NCBI RefSeq assembly: GCF_018350175.1
Contig: NC_058368.1
Span: forward strand, 127,226,001-127,290,000
Reading direction: 5' to 3'
DNA from: Felis catus
Taxonomy: Eukaryota
DNA: 64,000 nt
The position numbers and the translations under genes were made by a program. Within the stretch, counting starts at the first letter, position 1. Each line of letters opens with the position of its first letter. Of the stretch, positions 1-12,129 are shown piece by piece. Below the pieces are notes generated by a model. It ran no database searches. It saw nothing but the letters and a program-made list of their open reading frames with translations, and was not told the origin of the DNA.

Positions 1-86
1 GGTAGATAGTGTCATAAATTTTTCCCTCTCAAATCCTCCTTTCTCTCAATATCCAAGACATTGGCCTCTGTAACAGCCATAGCTGA

Positions 87-390
87 AAAAAACAGCTTCA
101 TAGTGGTATAACAGTTACACAAAATATGCACGGATTTAATGTATACAGTTTGATGAGTTTGGACAAATACATACATCCAAGAAACTATCACCACAATCAT
201 GGTAATAGACATATCCGTCACCTCCACAATTTTCCTTGGGTCTGTTTGGTGTTGGATGTGTGATGTATGTGGTGGGTAGTAACACATAACATGAGCCCTA
301 CCATCTTAAATTTTCAAGTGTGCCAACACAGTGTTGTTAACTATAGGCACAATATTGTACAGCAGATCGCTAGAACATACTCATCGTTTC
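87..390 (-). mobile_element. Old L1M (L1MB/L1MC-like) 3' UTR fragment
   Basis: Typical antisense L1M 3' end text: gtatacagtttgatgagtttggacaaa...aaactatcaccacaatc...ctataggcacaatattgtacagcagatc. Confidence 0.7.
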
Positions 391-1255
391 AACATAGTTT
401 TTAGACTACTGTATCATTCCATACTTTTCATTTTCATTTAGGAAGCTTTTGTCCTTATTGGTAATGTTAACTAACATACTTTAGCTGAAAAAAAAAGGTC
501 TGTCCACAGTTTCCCTGGATTTTAACATGAACCTACTACAGGTGTGAAAAAAGCTTAGATCCATTCTCCTTCAGGTTATCTGAGAACTAATAAATAAGGT
601 AGTGAAAAAAGATAAGATTGGACATGAGGACATGAATGTGCTATGGGCTGTCTGGTGAGATATGGATATGAGTAAATGGAAATAAATATGTCATAGGTGT
701 CTATGGTAAATGGAAAGTAATCTTTACTTCTCTAATTTGTTTCTTATTTAGGGCATAATGCATATTGTCATCTCCCTTTCTCTCTGAGGGAGTGCCATGA
801 ATAAAATGAGAGCAATATGCTCAATGTTCTGCTGGGCTGTGAACTTCTGGGGCCATGTAACCCTGGGACTGCCCAGCACAGTAGGAGCTAGGTAAACATA
901 TGCTACACGAATCCCTCCAACTCTTTAGAAGACAGATTCCAGAGGAATTTCATTATCTGGCTCTAAATTCTGCTATTCTCCTAAGGGATATGTGATTCCG
1001 CTTTGTTCCAGAAAGGATTAAAAGTTTCTCTATTCCCTTTGGTAATTAGTTTAGATAAGACATATCTCATATATCTACCCAATAGACAATAGCTAATGCT
1101 CAAATATTTATAGATTTATTTGTACCTGGCTATGTCTGAGAACATTTCATATATAAAAACCAGTAACTATCACTTGAGGATAATAAGCTGGCAAACTTCA
1201 GACTATCTGAATATCTTTGTGAACAATCCCAAATGGCTGATTCTGTCAGTTTATG

Positions 1256-1481
1256 ATATTTTTTAAAAAATGTTTATTTATTTTGAGAGAGAGAGCATGC
1301 ACGTGCATGCTCAGGAGAGGGGCAGAGAGAAAGAGGGAGAGAGAATCCTAAGCAGGCTCGATACTCAGCACAGAGCCCCCCCTGCACCATCCAATGGGGC
1401 TTGATCTCACCACAGTGAGATCATGACTTAAGCCAAAATCAAGAGTTGAACACTCAACTGACTGAGCCACCCAGGTGCCCC
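1256..1481 (-). mobile_element. Can-SINE (SINEC)
   Basis: T-rich tail, (GA)n linker, ends gagccacccaggtgcccc; TSD ctgtcagtttatg at 1243 and 1482. Confidence 0.95.
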
Positions 1482-2499
1482 CTGTCAGTTTATGCTAAAA
1501 GCCATTTGGTTCAAAATTAAAAAAAAATAAAGAGAAAATTGTATCTACAGAGAAAATTAAAGCATAAGGGCTGTTTGAAGGAATTAGCTAGTCTCAATTC
1601 CATCTCGTCACTCAGTTCTCAATCTCCTAGGCACCAGGGATTAAAAGCTCTGATGGAAATGCTAAAAAATACATAGTGAATTAAGAAAAAAAAAGTATTC
1701 TATGTAGCTCAAACTTTGTGACTTTGCTTATGCCATGTTCACTCTTTCAGATGTCTTTTTACAAAATAAAAAAGGAAGAAACTACATTTTTAGCACATCG
1801 TTCCTGCTACTAAAAGAGTCACAAGGAAAAGCTGAATTGAAACTAGTGACAAGCTTTTGCTTTGTCACATGATTGTGGCATTTTCTGTCCATATTATTTA
1901 TGGGACTTCTTGTAATATTTTATGCAAAACCACCCTATGGAATTTTGTGCTCAGAGTGCAGTCCAATTTGGCATCTCAAGTCTCCTGTTTCTATCTCCAG
2001 CCCTCTTCACGCACATTCCCTGAGGTCCACTTTTAAGGAAAGTCAGGGCAGAAAGCAGATATTGAAGGAAGAACAGGGTGAGAGGGACGTGCAAGTGTGT
2101 GCATGCGCATATGTGTTTTGCATGTGGCCTGCTTTACCATAGTCCAGGGAGCTTCTGGGGAAGTTCTGTGCTAAATCTCAGCACCATAGGCCTTGGCAGC
2201 AGGCTCTTGCTTCCCTGGTCTTTTTTGTGGCCTCATTCCCCTTTAGTATCCGGGTACCTCAGCCCTAACAGAAGGGAGACAAATTAGCTTATCCCATAGA
2301 GTTGAAAAGGTGACTCTAATGATGTGCTTGCCTAACAATCAATAATTCATTTAAATGCATTTTCTGATGCATAAAATAATATACTTTTCTTATAACTGGC
2401 TTTTATCAGCACTGACCTAAGAATCAGACAGAAAAAAGTGCTCTGAGATGCTGAAATCATTTGCAGCTTGAATAATATTTTTATGATTATATAAAATGG

Positions 2500-2970
2500 T
2501 GAATGCTTATTATAGAATGTTTGAAAAATGAAGAAGAGCAAAAGAAGTAAAGAAAAATCATCTACATCCAGAGGTAGTTGCTGTAAATCTCCTGGCTCAT
2601 TTTCTTCCTTATTTTTATGTGTACATACATAAATTTATGCATCTAAATTTAAAATTTGATTGAGATTTTAGTGTATATGATTTTGGATTCTGCTTTGCAT
2701 TTCATGTTATACTATAAACAATTTCCCGTATCATTTAAAATTATTTGAAAATCTTTTTAATGGTTGATAATATTATACTGGCTGACACTAACATCAAAAT
2801 TTATTTAAACATTACCTTATCGGGAAGACTTATAGTATGTTCAGGTTTTCAATAATATAAGTATTTCTGTGGCAATAATATCAGTTGTTAATCATTATAA
2901 TATCTCAGATTACCTCTCTAATCCGAATACGTATAAGTAGAATTGCTAGATGAACAGGTATGAACATTTT
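2500..2970 (-). mobile_element. Degraded L1ME-like fragment
   Basis: AT-rich with L1ME 3' motifs (tttttaatggttg...aatttatttaaac...gtagaattgctagat). Confidence 0.5.
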
Positions 2971-2991
2971 TGGGGCTTGAAGTCCTCATGG

Positions 2992-3240
2992 TTTTAAAAA
3001 AAATGTTTATTTATTTTTGAGACAGAGAAAGAGAGAGAGAGCGTGCACGCGCGCGCGCGCGCGCGCGCGCGCGTGCGCGCATGAATGGGGGAGGGGCAGA
3101 AAGAGAAGGAGACAGAATCTGAAGCAGGCTCCAAGCTCTGAGCCATCAGCACAGAGCCCAATGCAGCACTGGAAATCAGCTGTGAGATTATGACCTAGTC
3201 GAAGTTGGACACTTAACCAACTGAGCCACCCAGGTGCCCC
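2992..3240 (-). mobile_element. Can-SINE with internal (CG)n expansion
   Basis: SINE body ending ccacccaggtgcccc; (CG)13 at 3048-3073. Confidence 0.95.
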
Positions 3241-3918
3241 AGATGTCCTAAGGGTTTTTAATCACTTTTATGAAATAAAACCCTCAAAGTAGTATAAAAA
3301 TCAAAGTAACAAACTATACTTGCATATATTATTTTATTATGACTTTATTTAAGATTAGAAAGATAAGAAAATAGAAAATAATTTTGTTTTACTACAAAGA
3401 GGCCCACACCACATGAAAACTAGAACCTGTAGCAATTTAACAAACGAGTCTTCTCTTACAAAATGGGGGAAAAATCTATATAAATCTAAGCTTGGCCACA
3501 TTGTATGAAAAGGTCAAAAGCAAGCTTTAAAAAAAAAGACATATGGCTATTATTATAGCACACAGAGTGGTCAACCACTTCAAGTTCTTGTGGCCAGTGA
3601 GGTCACTGGAGCTACAGGCCGACATTTCTGACAAATTATGCACACTGAGGTCACACTGCTCTATTGAGGCAGTTTTTCATAATTGTAGAGTTGTGTTTAC
3701 AAAAATATCCTTACTTAAAAATATCCTTTTGTGCCCTCTAGTGTTTAAATTCACCAAATCTTTCAGACATATATTTATTTTCTCTAAAGTATTGTTGAAC
3801 ACCATTTCATTGCTATTTATACTAAGGGTTTACCTATATATTAGAAGGTGACCAAAATACATACCTTTCCAAAAATTTTTAAGATTGCTTAAAATTTTCA
3901 TTTCAAAGGAAGTTAGAG

Positions 3919-4141
3919 CAAGGGACTGGAAACCTCCCCAGGGCAAATCCCACCCACCTCTCTTTTTGTAAATAAGGTTTTATTGGTACGCACCATGCTA
4001 ATTCACTATGTATTTGTCTGTGGGTCCCTGCATTTCTTCCACAATGGTAGGGTTGAATAGTTACTACAAAGATGTTGGGTCCTACAAAGTCTAAAATATT
4101 TACTATCTTGCCCTTCACAGAAAAAGTTTGCTGGCTGATGG
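3919..4141. mobile_element. MER58A-like hAT-Charlie DNA transposon
   Basis: tttttgtaaataaggttttattgg...aaaatatttactatcttgcccttcacagaaaaagtttgc. Confidence 0.8.
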
Positions 4142-4618
4142 GCTACAGAATTTCCGTGATACTTAGATTTTTAGAGAAAGAGAGAAAAAAAAATACATGT
4201 ATTTTCCCAAAGATGTCGTGCCATTTTATAACATCCTTTAATTCTACTTTTTTCCATCAAGCAGTGAAATATTAGTTAAAAAAAAGAGCTGCAGGCTTCG
4301 TGGTTCAAGTACCAAATTTATATTTTCTCAGTGAAAACATTTGCAGTCCTTCCTTTTTTATAAGATCTACTCAGGGTGATAATATTGACTCCATCATGAC
4401 TTTGACATTGATATGGTTATATTGGTGAAAATATAGTAAGATCAAAGTCTTTACCCATCCAGACCAGGGATGCAAGAACATTTTTTACCTTCTGAGCTAC
4501 ATCACATCTTTCTGATTAGCCAGAACTTAGACTAGGAATAGAATTAGTGTTCCTATCTCTGTTTATTTGTATACATTTAACAGTAAAGCTTGCAATAACT
4601 TCTAAAGCACATACAGTC

Positions 4619-5042
4619 TGTTTCAAAAGAAAACCACAGGCCCCAAATGTGTTAGGTAGAGTCCTCAAACCAGAGGTTCATACATAATCTAATTGTAGTT
4701 TCAACCTGCACTAGAATTGTAGTCTTAACCAGTCAGTCAGGAAAATTCTGATGGGGACCAAGGAGTCCTGAATATGGGCCCGCTCCCTCTCCAGAGGGAA
4801 GATGAGGTAAACTGTAGGATAAAACCCTCTGCTCTTCTCCCTAAGGGAAAGTGACCTCCTCTGAAGCAATCCTTTTCTTTTGTTAGTATTTTTTTTTTTT
4901 GCTTCATCATTGCTCTATGAAAGCCTTCCATTTTGTACAACTTCTTAGAGATCTTCTCTACTTTTAGGTGGACTGCTGCCCAATTCAATTGTTAAAGTAA
5001 TTAGATCTTCAAATTTACTCAGTTGAATTTCATTTTTTAACA
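4619..5042 (+). mobile_element. Solo LTR (ERV1-like)
   Basis: TG...CA termini about 424 bp apart; LTR-like text (aaagaaaaccacaggccccaaatg...gaatttcattttttaaca). Confidence 0.6.
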
Positions 5043-5927
5043 GATCTGTCTTTAATAAAGTAAACATACCATTTATAATTAACATAGGTTTACTTCAGTG
5101 ATGCACTTAATTCAAATCTCGCACAGTCACATCTTTCACATAGGAACAAAAGCACAATGCACACCAATAATGCTACAGTCCCATGTAGGCAAAATAACAG
5201 GCTGCTTCCCTTCCCCAGTACAAATCCCAAATCTTCTTAAGTGTCTGAAATTTTATCTTCTCTTTTGTGTATCTAGAAAGTCTAAAGAAATTTCTGTCCT
5301 CTTTTCTGCAATGGTTAATATATATATATATATTTTCTTTCTTCTTTTTCCCCTTTTCACATGGTTTCCAGGAAGTGGATCTTTTTTATGGCTTTCTAAC
5401 TTAAGATTTGACTTTGGTTCAAAATGGCACAGTCGTTCTTTTCTCAAAGATACGTATCAGCCATACCCTGGTCAGAAATTTGGCATGATAATAGAAGAAA
5501 ACACAAAACCAAGGGCTTAGAAGAGTGAATGAAAATAGTCTGCATGAACAGGCATCTCATTCCTGGGCACATATTCAAGGTGTTTGTTTACTATATGCCT
5601 GGAGCTGAAGGTTACTGCCCTTCTCAGCTTTATAGACTCTCACTACATGAATATTCTTCCCTCTTCTTATATTTCCCTTACCCCCAATACGATCCCCCTC
5701 CTTTTATCCAGCACGGAAGCCCAAATAAATACCCTGCACAGACTTACTTTATGGAATCACATACTTAAAAATGCCTGACTCGAATACCTTAAACCCACAA
5801 TGACACCTTCAGAAATGTGCAAGAGCAACAATAGCAACAGTAACAAAAAAATGCATGATGAAACACATCATCTCTTATGCACCACGTTAAAAGCAATTAA
5901 AATAAAGCTTAAAAAGTGACATCATAC

Positions 5928-5966
5928 CTTTATTCCATAAGCAAAATAAATTATTTCCAAACTTAC
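5928..5966 (-). other. 39-nt RS-exon (poison exon) following the recursive splice site
   Basis: GTAAGTTTGGAAATAATTTATTTTGCTTATGGAATAAAG followed by donor AAG|GTATGA at 5927. TAA at exon positions 2, 14 and 35, all in one frame. Confidence 0.6.
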
Positions 5967-6009
5967 CTGTAAAAGAAAAGAAAAAAAAGCAATGAATTTC
6001 ACATCAGAG
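5961..6009 (-). other. Recursive splice site (3' splice site immediately followed by a 5' splice site motif)
   Basis: Minus strand reads CTCTGAT (candidate branch A at 6004)...TTCATTGCTTTTTTTTCTTTTCTTTTACAG|GTAAGT. No other AG for about 60 nt upstream. Confidence 0.75.
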
Positions 6010-6222
6010 TGCATTTTAATTCCATTTACTCTAGTAAGTTAGGCAAAATTATCATCATAAGTATAGTTAATTCTTAATTGTTACTGTGAATCATTCTCTG
6101 TAAATAATGCTTTCTAGTTCTTGTAGATACCAACAGGGCTGGCAGCGACATTCTCTACAGACCAAATGTCACTATAAATAGAAACTCTTTCCATATGTAG
6201 TGTGAATCTGGCAGGTCAGTTT

Positions 6223-6432
6223 ATAAATTTTTTTCAATGTTTATTTATTTCTGAGACAGAGAGAGCATGAGTGGGGGAGGGGCAGAGAGAGTGGGAGACA
6301 CAGAATCAGAAGCAGGCTCCAGGCTCTGAGCTGTCAGCACAGAGCACGACGCAGGGCTCCAACTCACAGACTGCAAGATCATGACCTGAGCCGAAATCAG
6401 ACACTCAACTGACTGAGCCACCCAGGCGCCCC
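6223..6432 (-). mobile_element. Can-SINE (SINEC_Fc-like)
   Basis: Full body; TSD tggcaggtcagttt at 6209 and 6433. Confidence 0.95.
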
Positions 6433-6499
6433 TGGCAGGTCAGTTTTTAGACCAAAAATTTAATTCCCTGGACCTAGGAAATTTGTGTGTTACAAGATT

Positions 6500-6715
6500 G
6501 ATTTTGGGAGTCAGATGAAGACAGTAGGGAAGATTGTTTCAGTCAGTCAGACCAACCTGAAGTTAAATCCCAGTTCTCCTACAGCCTGATAACTCATCAT
6601 TTTATACCCCTTGAACCTCAATGGTCTCATCTGTAAAGTGTGAACATTGTATTTCACTAATTGGAGTATTCTGAGTATTAAATGAAGTCATATTGTAGAA
6701 TCTCAATAAATAATG
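6500..6715 (+). mobile_element. MIR fragment
   Basis: aacctcaatggtctcatctgtaaagtg MIR core. Confidence 0.55.
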
Positions 6716-7019
6716 CCTTTTTTGCTATACTCAAAGCTTCATTTTATGGCAATACTTTGCAGAAAGATAATGTTTAGTGCAATATATAAAGCATGAAAGA
6801 CCTTTAAGCAATTCACAATGGACAGAAAATATAAACAAATCCTACATTTTTCTGTCTTCCTCATGATGTTGCCAAGTTGGTTTATATGAAATATTGGCCA
6901 TCTGCTAAGTGGTGAGCAATTTTTCTTCCATTGAAAGTTCAAGTATTTCACTAAAGTTCAAGCAAAGAACCGAGGGTATAGCACTCTGTAGCATGGTCTC
7001 TGGGTCTCATATATACACA

Positions 7020-7470
7020 CTATGTCCCTTATTACTGCTGCCTGGGCTTTCTCACTGCAGTTTCACCAGCCTACACTCCATTCCTGATGAGACCATGGAT
7101 GCTCTAGCCTCAGGAACTTTGTATTTGCTGCTCCCTCTGCCCAGGAATCCATTGCGCACACACATGGCCCTCTTCAACTCTTGCCTCAAAGGGCCTTTTC
7201 TCAGTGAGCCTAACCTAATTTCATATTTGAAATTCTAACCAGACCCTCAGCCTCTGCTTTTAATTCCCCTTCATTGGCACAGTCTTTTCCCAGCACTTCT
7301 AACCTGACACATAATATAACATAATGCCACGTCTTATGTTTATTGAGTCTCCCTGACCCTAATACTTTATGTAAGCTACCTAAAACAAAGGTTTCTGTCT
7401 GTATTGCTTGCTGATGAATACTCAGGATCTAAAATAATGCCTGGTAAACAGAAGGTATTAAATTTTTGTT
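7020..7470 (+). mobile_element. L2 3' fragment
   Basis: gcctcaggaactttgtatttgctgctccctctgcccaggaat...taatgcctggtaaacagaagg. Confidence 0.6.
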
Positions 7471-7697
7471 TGTTTGTTTAAGAAATAAATATTGGATACA
7501 TAAAATGGCCTAATATAAAAATGTAAATTATACCTATGTAAGAGAAGTATTTTTATTTATGTAACTATTTATTTATAGATATTTAATTTTTATTGATAGA
7601 ATATGGAATGCAGATATTTGTTTATTATATAAATGAATATTTAAACTTTTAGCTAGAAGTAATCATTTTATTTTTATTTAATTCTGATGACAGGAAT

Positions 7698-8050
7698 TGT
7701 GGTAGTCATTTGAACTACTGACTAGTATTTCTAGCTCTCCATCTACCAATCACATATAGGAGCACCTAATAAACCTCTTGTGGTTGAATGGGGCCATCTG
7801 ACTAGTCCTGACCAATATCATAAAGTCATAAGTGGCCAAGAACTGAATTGCTGGTGTGAGATCCTCTACCCTTTCCTTCCCCTCTCTCTGCCAGAGAGAC
7901 TAGCAAAGTCCAGGATGGTAACTCTTGATTAGCCTCCATACTGCAGTGAGGCAGCTGGATGTAGCATGGGGGGAAAAAAAGGTAACCTTTGTTGTCACAA
8001 CATTTTGAAGTTTGCTTGTTAAGACAGCTTGACTCAATCAATCATGACAA
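7698..8050 (+). mobile_element. MLT1 (old MaLR) solo LTR
   Basis: ggggccatctgactagtcctgaccaat...ttttgaagtttgcttgtt MaLR motifs. Confidence 0.6.
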
Positions 8051-9298
8051 AGAGAAATTATGCACATATAATTAAAAAGTTACATTCAAAGTCTTATTTA
8101 AAAAAAAAAAAACTTATTTTCTGTAGTTATTCTGAATGCCCTTTAACCAAATCATTTTGTGTCTGCTGGTATTTAACTCTATATTTCTAAGTAATGTTTA
8201 CATTGTTTTTTCTTCATTTTGAAATTTTTAGCTATTATCCATTCATTTCTTGTGTAATCAAGAAAGATTTAATTCTCTTATACTGTTCCCCCTTTCTTTT
8301 TTCACCTAGTTAAATCACACTTTTTAGTTAAATTTATAATACTGCTTGCATATATTTACTGTATAAATCTTATTTACTGCATGTGCATATGATAATATGT
8401 CCTTTATGCTATAACTTTTGTTTTACTTTGAGTTAATAATTGCCTTGTTTTTTTTTCCTATGAAAAATTTTCATTGTTTTAAACATTTTTTTCCCCCAAA
8501 CAGTAGCTCATGTTTGCCATAGGGTCAGCTGAGGCTTCTACTGAGGCTTTAATCATCTTCCTCCCCTCTCCTAAAAGTGTCAATCCTGAGAACACTTTTC
8601 CATGAACATCTGTACCCAATCTCAGAGCTGGCTTCCCAGAGAAGCCACCTCGGACCATAACAGAGGTGTTCCTCTCATCCCTTGTTTCAGCCCCACATTG
8701 CAAACCCACAGTGTGATATATCTGCTCTCTGAGTCATTAAGCCTCTTCAATAACATTTCTTCAGAATATTCTGTGGTAGGGACTGAGGGTGGTAATAGTG
8801 TGTGGGTGGAGTGAGGTAGTCTTCCCTCCTACTCCATTCCCTTTCTTTTAAATCCCTCTATTTAATTATAGATGATATGAGCACGTAGTCAATTTGTCAC
8901 CATAATCACAAATTCACAGTTTTTAGATTATTGATACAATTGCTCTTCTCTATTAACATGGAATAAAAACCATTTTATCTATTTAAAATGGAAATAAATG
9001 TGAGAACTTTCTCAAATGGTTTCATAGAATACTCATTTTTTAGATGTTAAGTGTTTAGTTGAATAATAAAAATAAGGACTAAAAAATAAAATAGTTTGGA
9101 AAATATTGACTTGGCAGTTTTACGAAAAAACAGTTTTATTGCAGTCTTTCTAACAGCTTTGGGTATAATGATTGGAATGTGGCTACTCTAGAAGGTAAAG
9201 AACATCTGAAGAATAATTGAACTATTCTCCCCTGGAAATCAGTGAATATTAGAGTGAATCATCTTTTTAGAATACTACTTGGGAATTACTGCAGAAGG

Positions 9299-9356
9299 CA
9301 TCTTAAACTAAGTTTTATACCAATCACATCTTAAACTAAGTTTTATACCAATCACA
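9299..9356. repeat. Perfect 28-bp tandem duplication
   Basis: catcttaaactaagttttataccaatca x2. Confidence 0.95.
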
Positions 9357-10952
9357 GTGTTTCTGTTATTCCTACAAGAATTCTTTGACTTTAATTGGAA
9401 AGGTAAAATAATTTGCTTATTAAATTTGAACAATAAGTTGTTTGAAAAACAACATAACTGTATTGAGGAATAAAGCATGTTAACTCATTTTCAGGTGATT
9501 GCTTTATCTATTACATCAAATTATCTACTAAATTAAAATGAATCATATTTGAATTTTGATAATTTAAGGTAAAATTTCCTTTCCCAGAATATTACACAAT
9601 ACAAGTCAATTTCTGACCATCCTGAGATTTATTCAAGCAATCTGTGTACATTTTAAAATCTATCTATCTTTGTATCTCTAGTTTAGCTTGTTCGAAATGT
9701 TTTGCATGGAGTACCAACTGGATTAGTTACTCTAGAAGCAAACAAAAAGTTCCATCTTTAATAAAGTTTGGGATATTCACGTAGTATCTCTTTCATGAAG
9801 ATTAAAATATTTCTTTAGTCTCTTAAAGACTTTGGTAATCTTCCACTAACATATCATTTTAAATTTGTGAATCTCAGCTTATTTGACCGTAGAACCATTT
9901 TGTATGCTGCCCCTGTTCATATTATATGGAAACAACATTTCACAGAAGTTACTTTGGGATACACTAACATAGGCTACAAGGATTTTTAAGAGCAAGAGAT
10001 GAAACAAAAACTATTACGAATGTTAAAGAAAAAAAAAAGAGCTCCAGTGGTCTCGCATGAGAGGTGATTTTTGTGAATGCACCTGATTTCTCATTGAAAA
10101 AGGATGAGGGAATACAGAACTAGCAGTTTGACTCTATTTATGTACTTAGGGTAGCATATGATTCAGGACCCTTTGCTTAAATGTGTCAACCTCATAATGG
10201 CTTAATTTACCCATGGTTGTGGGGTTCAAGGCTAAGATGTAATTTGAAAATACATCTTTTGTTTTGGATAGAAGGAACATCAAGGATCTTTGAGATATCA
10301 TAAATGATATTAGCCTAATATCAAAATTTTATCTTTGTTGATGTCAGACACATTAAGAAACTAAAAACTATACACACTAAGATTTAGCTTAGAGACTCAA
10401 ACAATATAGCAAAAATATTTCATCATGATTTTATTTACCTATCTATTTTATGAAATTGTGTGAGCATAGTGTTTTAGAGATGAAGAAATAAGGGGATCAA
10501 AAGTTATTTTTCAACCCTAAACTTCCAGATCTTCTTTGTGTATTATATAATGTAGGAGTTTAAACTATGAAGTCTATGAGCAGTTTCATGCAGGGACGTT
10601 GGTGAAACATCTGAAATTATATGCATAATTTTGTATATATTTGCATTTCTCAAGCAAGTGGAACCATAGATTTAATCGGATTTTCAAAGCACCCTTAAAC
10701 CTTCAAAAAGTTTGAAGAGATCATTTGAAGAGATAACCTCTAAGGACTGTTTTTCTTTTCTGATCTTAGTTTTGTAAGATTTTTTATAGACGATGCATAA
10801 GTCATGTTTTGATATTTAATACTTTCTTTGCTGGGATTCTTATTTTTAGATATTCAAAAAATTTAAGAAAACATTGTAAAGACTACAATTAGTTTATGGG
10901 AATTATTTAAAAATGTTTAATTGTATAAAATTGTACTATAGTTTTTTTTGTC

Positions 10953-10954
<2 letters not shown>

Positions 10955-10990
<36 letters not shown>
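10955..10990. repeat. (TG)n(CG)n microsatellite
   Basis: Read directly from the sequence. Confidence 0.95.
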
Positions 10991-12129
10991 ACCATGCTTC
11001 TGTCATTCTGCTGCTACCATAGAGAGAGAACCACTTTAAACATCTTATTTGAGTGAGAAACTGAATTGCCCACAAGATGGCTCTCCATAATCTTGGGTAC
11101 ACAAATTTCCCAAACTAGTTTCTCAAAAAGTGACTTCTAACATCTTCCCTTTTCTTAAAAATCTTATACTCACAGTAAGTGATTCTCTCTCTGTTTTATT
11201 TCCATGCTTGAAAATCTAACAATGCCTGACAAAGCATTTGTGAATATGTTTTGAGTGACCAGTTTAATTGAACAGATGTTCTAGACATTCATGGATTATT
11301 CACTGTGTTATCATTACATTGTTATTTATCTGCTACATACATGGCCTAGTACTGTGCACAGTTGGCTGAATTAAAAACAAAAAGAGTTAAAATTAAAGAG
11401 CAAATTATGGTTCTCATATTTCAGGGAAGGTAAGATTTCATACCAAAACATTTCAGAGAATATTTAAATGAAAAATGATTGGTGTAGAGAAATTATAAAT
11501 ATATAAAGAAAAGGAGACATCAGTGTGGGGTTCAATTAGTTGAAAGACCTTATGAGGTTACTTTGGCTTATAAAGAATGTACAATTTTCATGAGAAGAAG
11601 GTAAAGGGAAAAATATTTCAAGGGTAAATAGCACAAGAAAAAACTTGGAGTTCGGCAGTCATGGCAGAACATGCTTAATTATTATAATTAAGACTAGGTG
11701 AGTTGCAGAGATTGTTGAAAGTCATTCCAAGGGAAAAGAAAGACAATTAATATTCATATAGGACATACTCAGCATTGATTCATTCTGTAATTAAATGATC
11801 TTTCTACCGTGACAATATATGGTAAATATTGGAATTTTTGTGTTATATTTGGAAATTTTGAGGGTAGCTGGTTCTGTGCGAATTGTAGTAAATCACAGTA
11901 TACAATTACCAGAGAAAGATCCTCAGAGAAAAACCTAGAATTAAGCAGGTGGACTCTAAGCAAGCAGAAGAGGAAGCTAAACTTTTCTGTCTTGATTCTG
12001 AATGTCCTGGGTGCAGAATGTATTTTTTAGAACTCTCTCTTGTGGTAAGGTTAAAATGGACACCTCTGCTGTCCACTGTGGAATGAGAGTCAGAAGTAAA
12101 ACTGCTCTTAAGGGACTGACTAAATTTGT

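Noticed and set aside
5098..5520. 140-aa ORF
   Set aside because: Non-ATG start and low-complexity composition; consistent with a chance ORF.
9299..9356. Direct repeats as a CRISPR-like array
   Set aside because: Only two adjacent units with no spacers, in a mammalian genome.
11410..11436. Plus-strand 5-nt microexon-like pattern (tttcag|GGAAG|gtaaga)
   Set aside because: Appears to lie in an old L2-like remnant and is opposite to the inferred host strand; no support.
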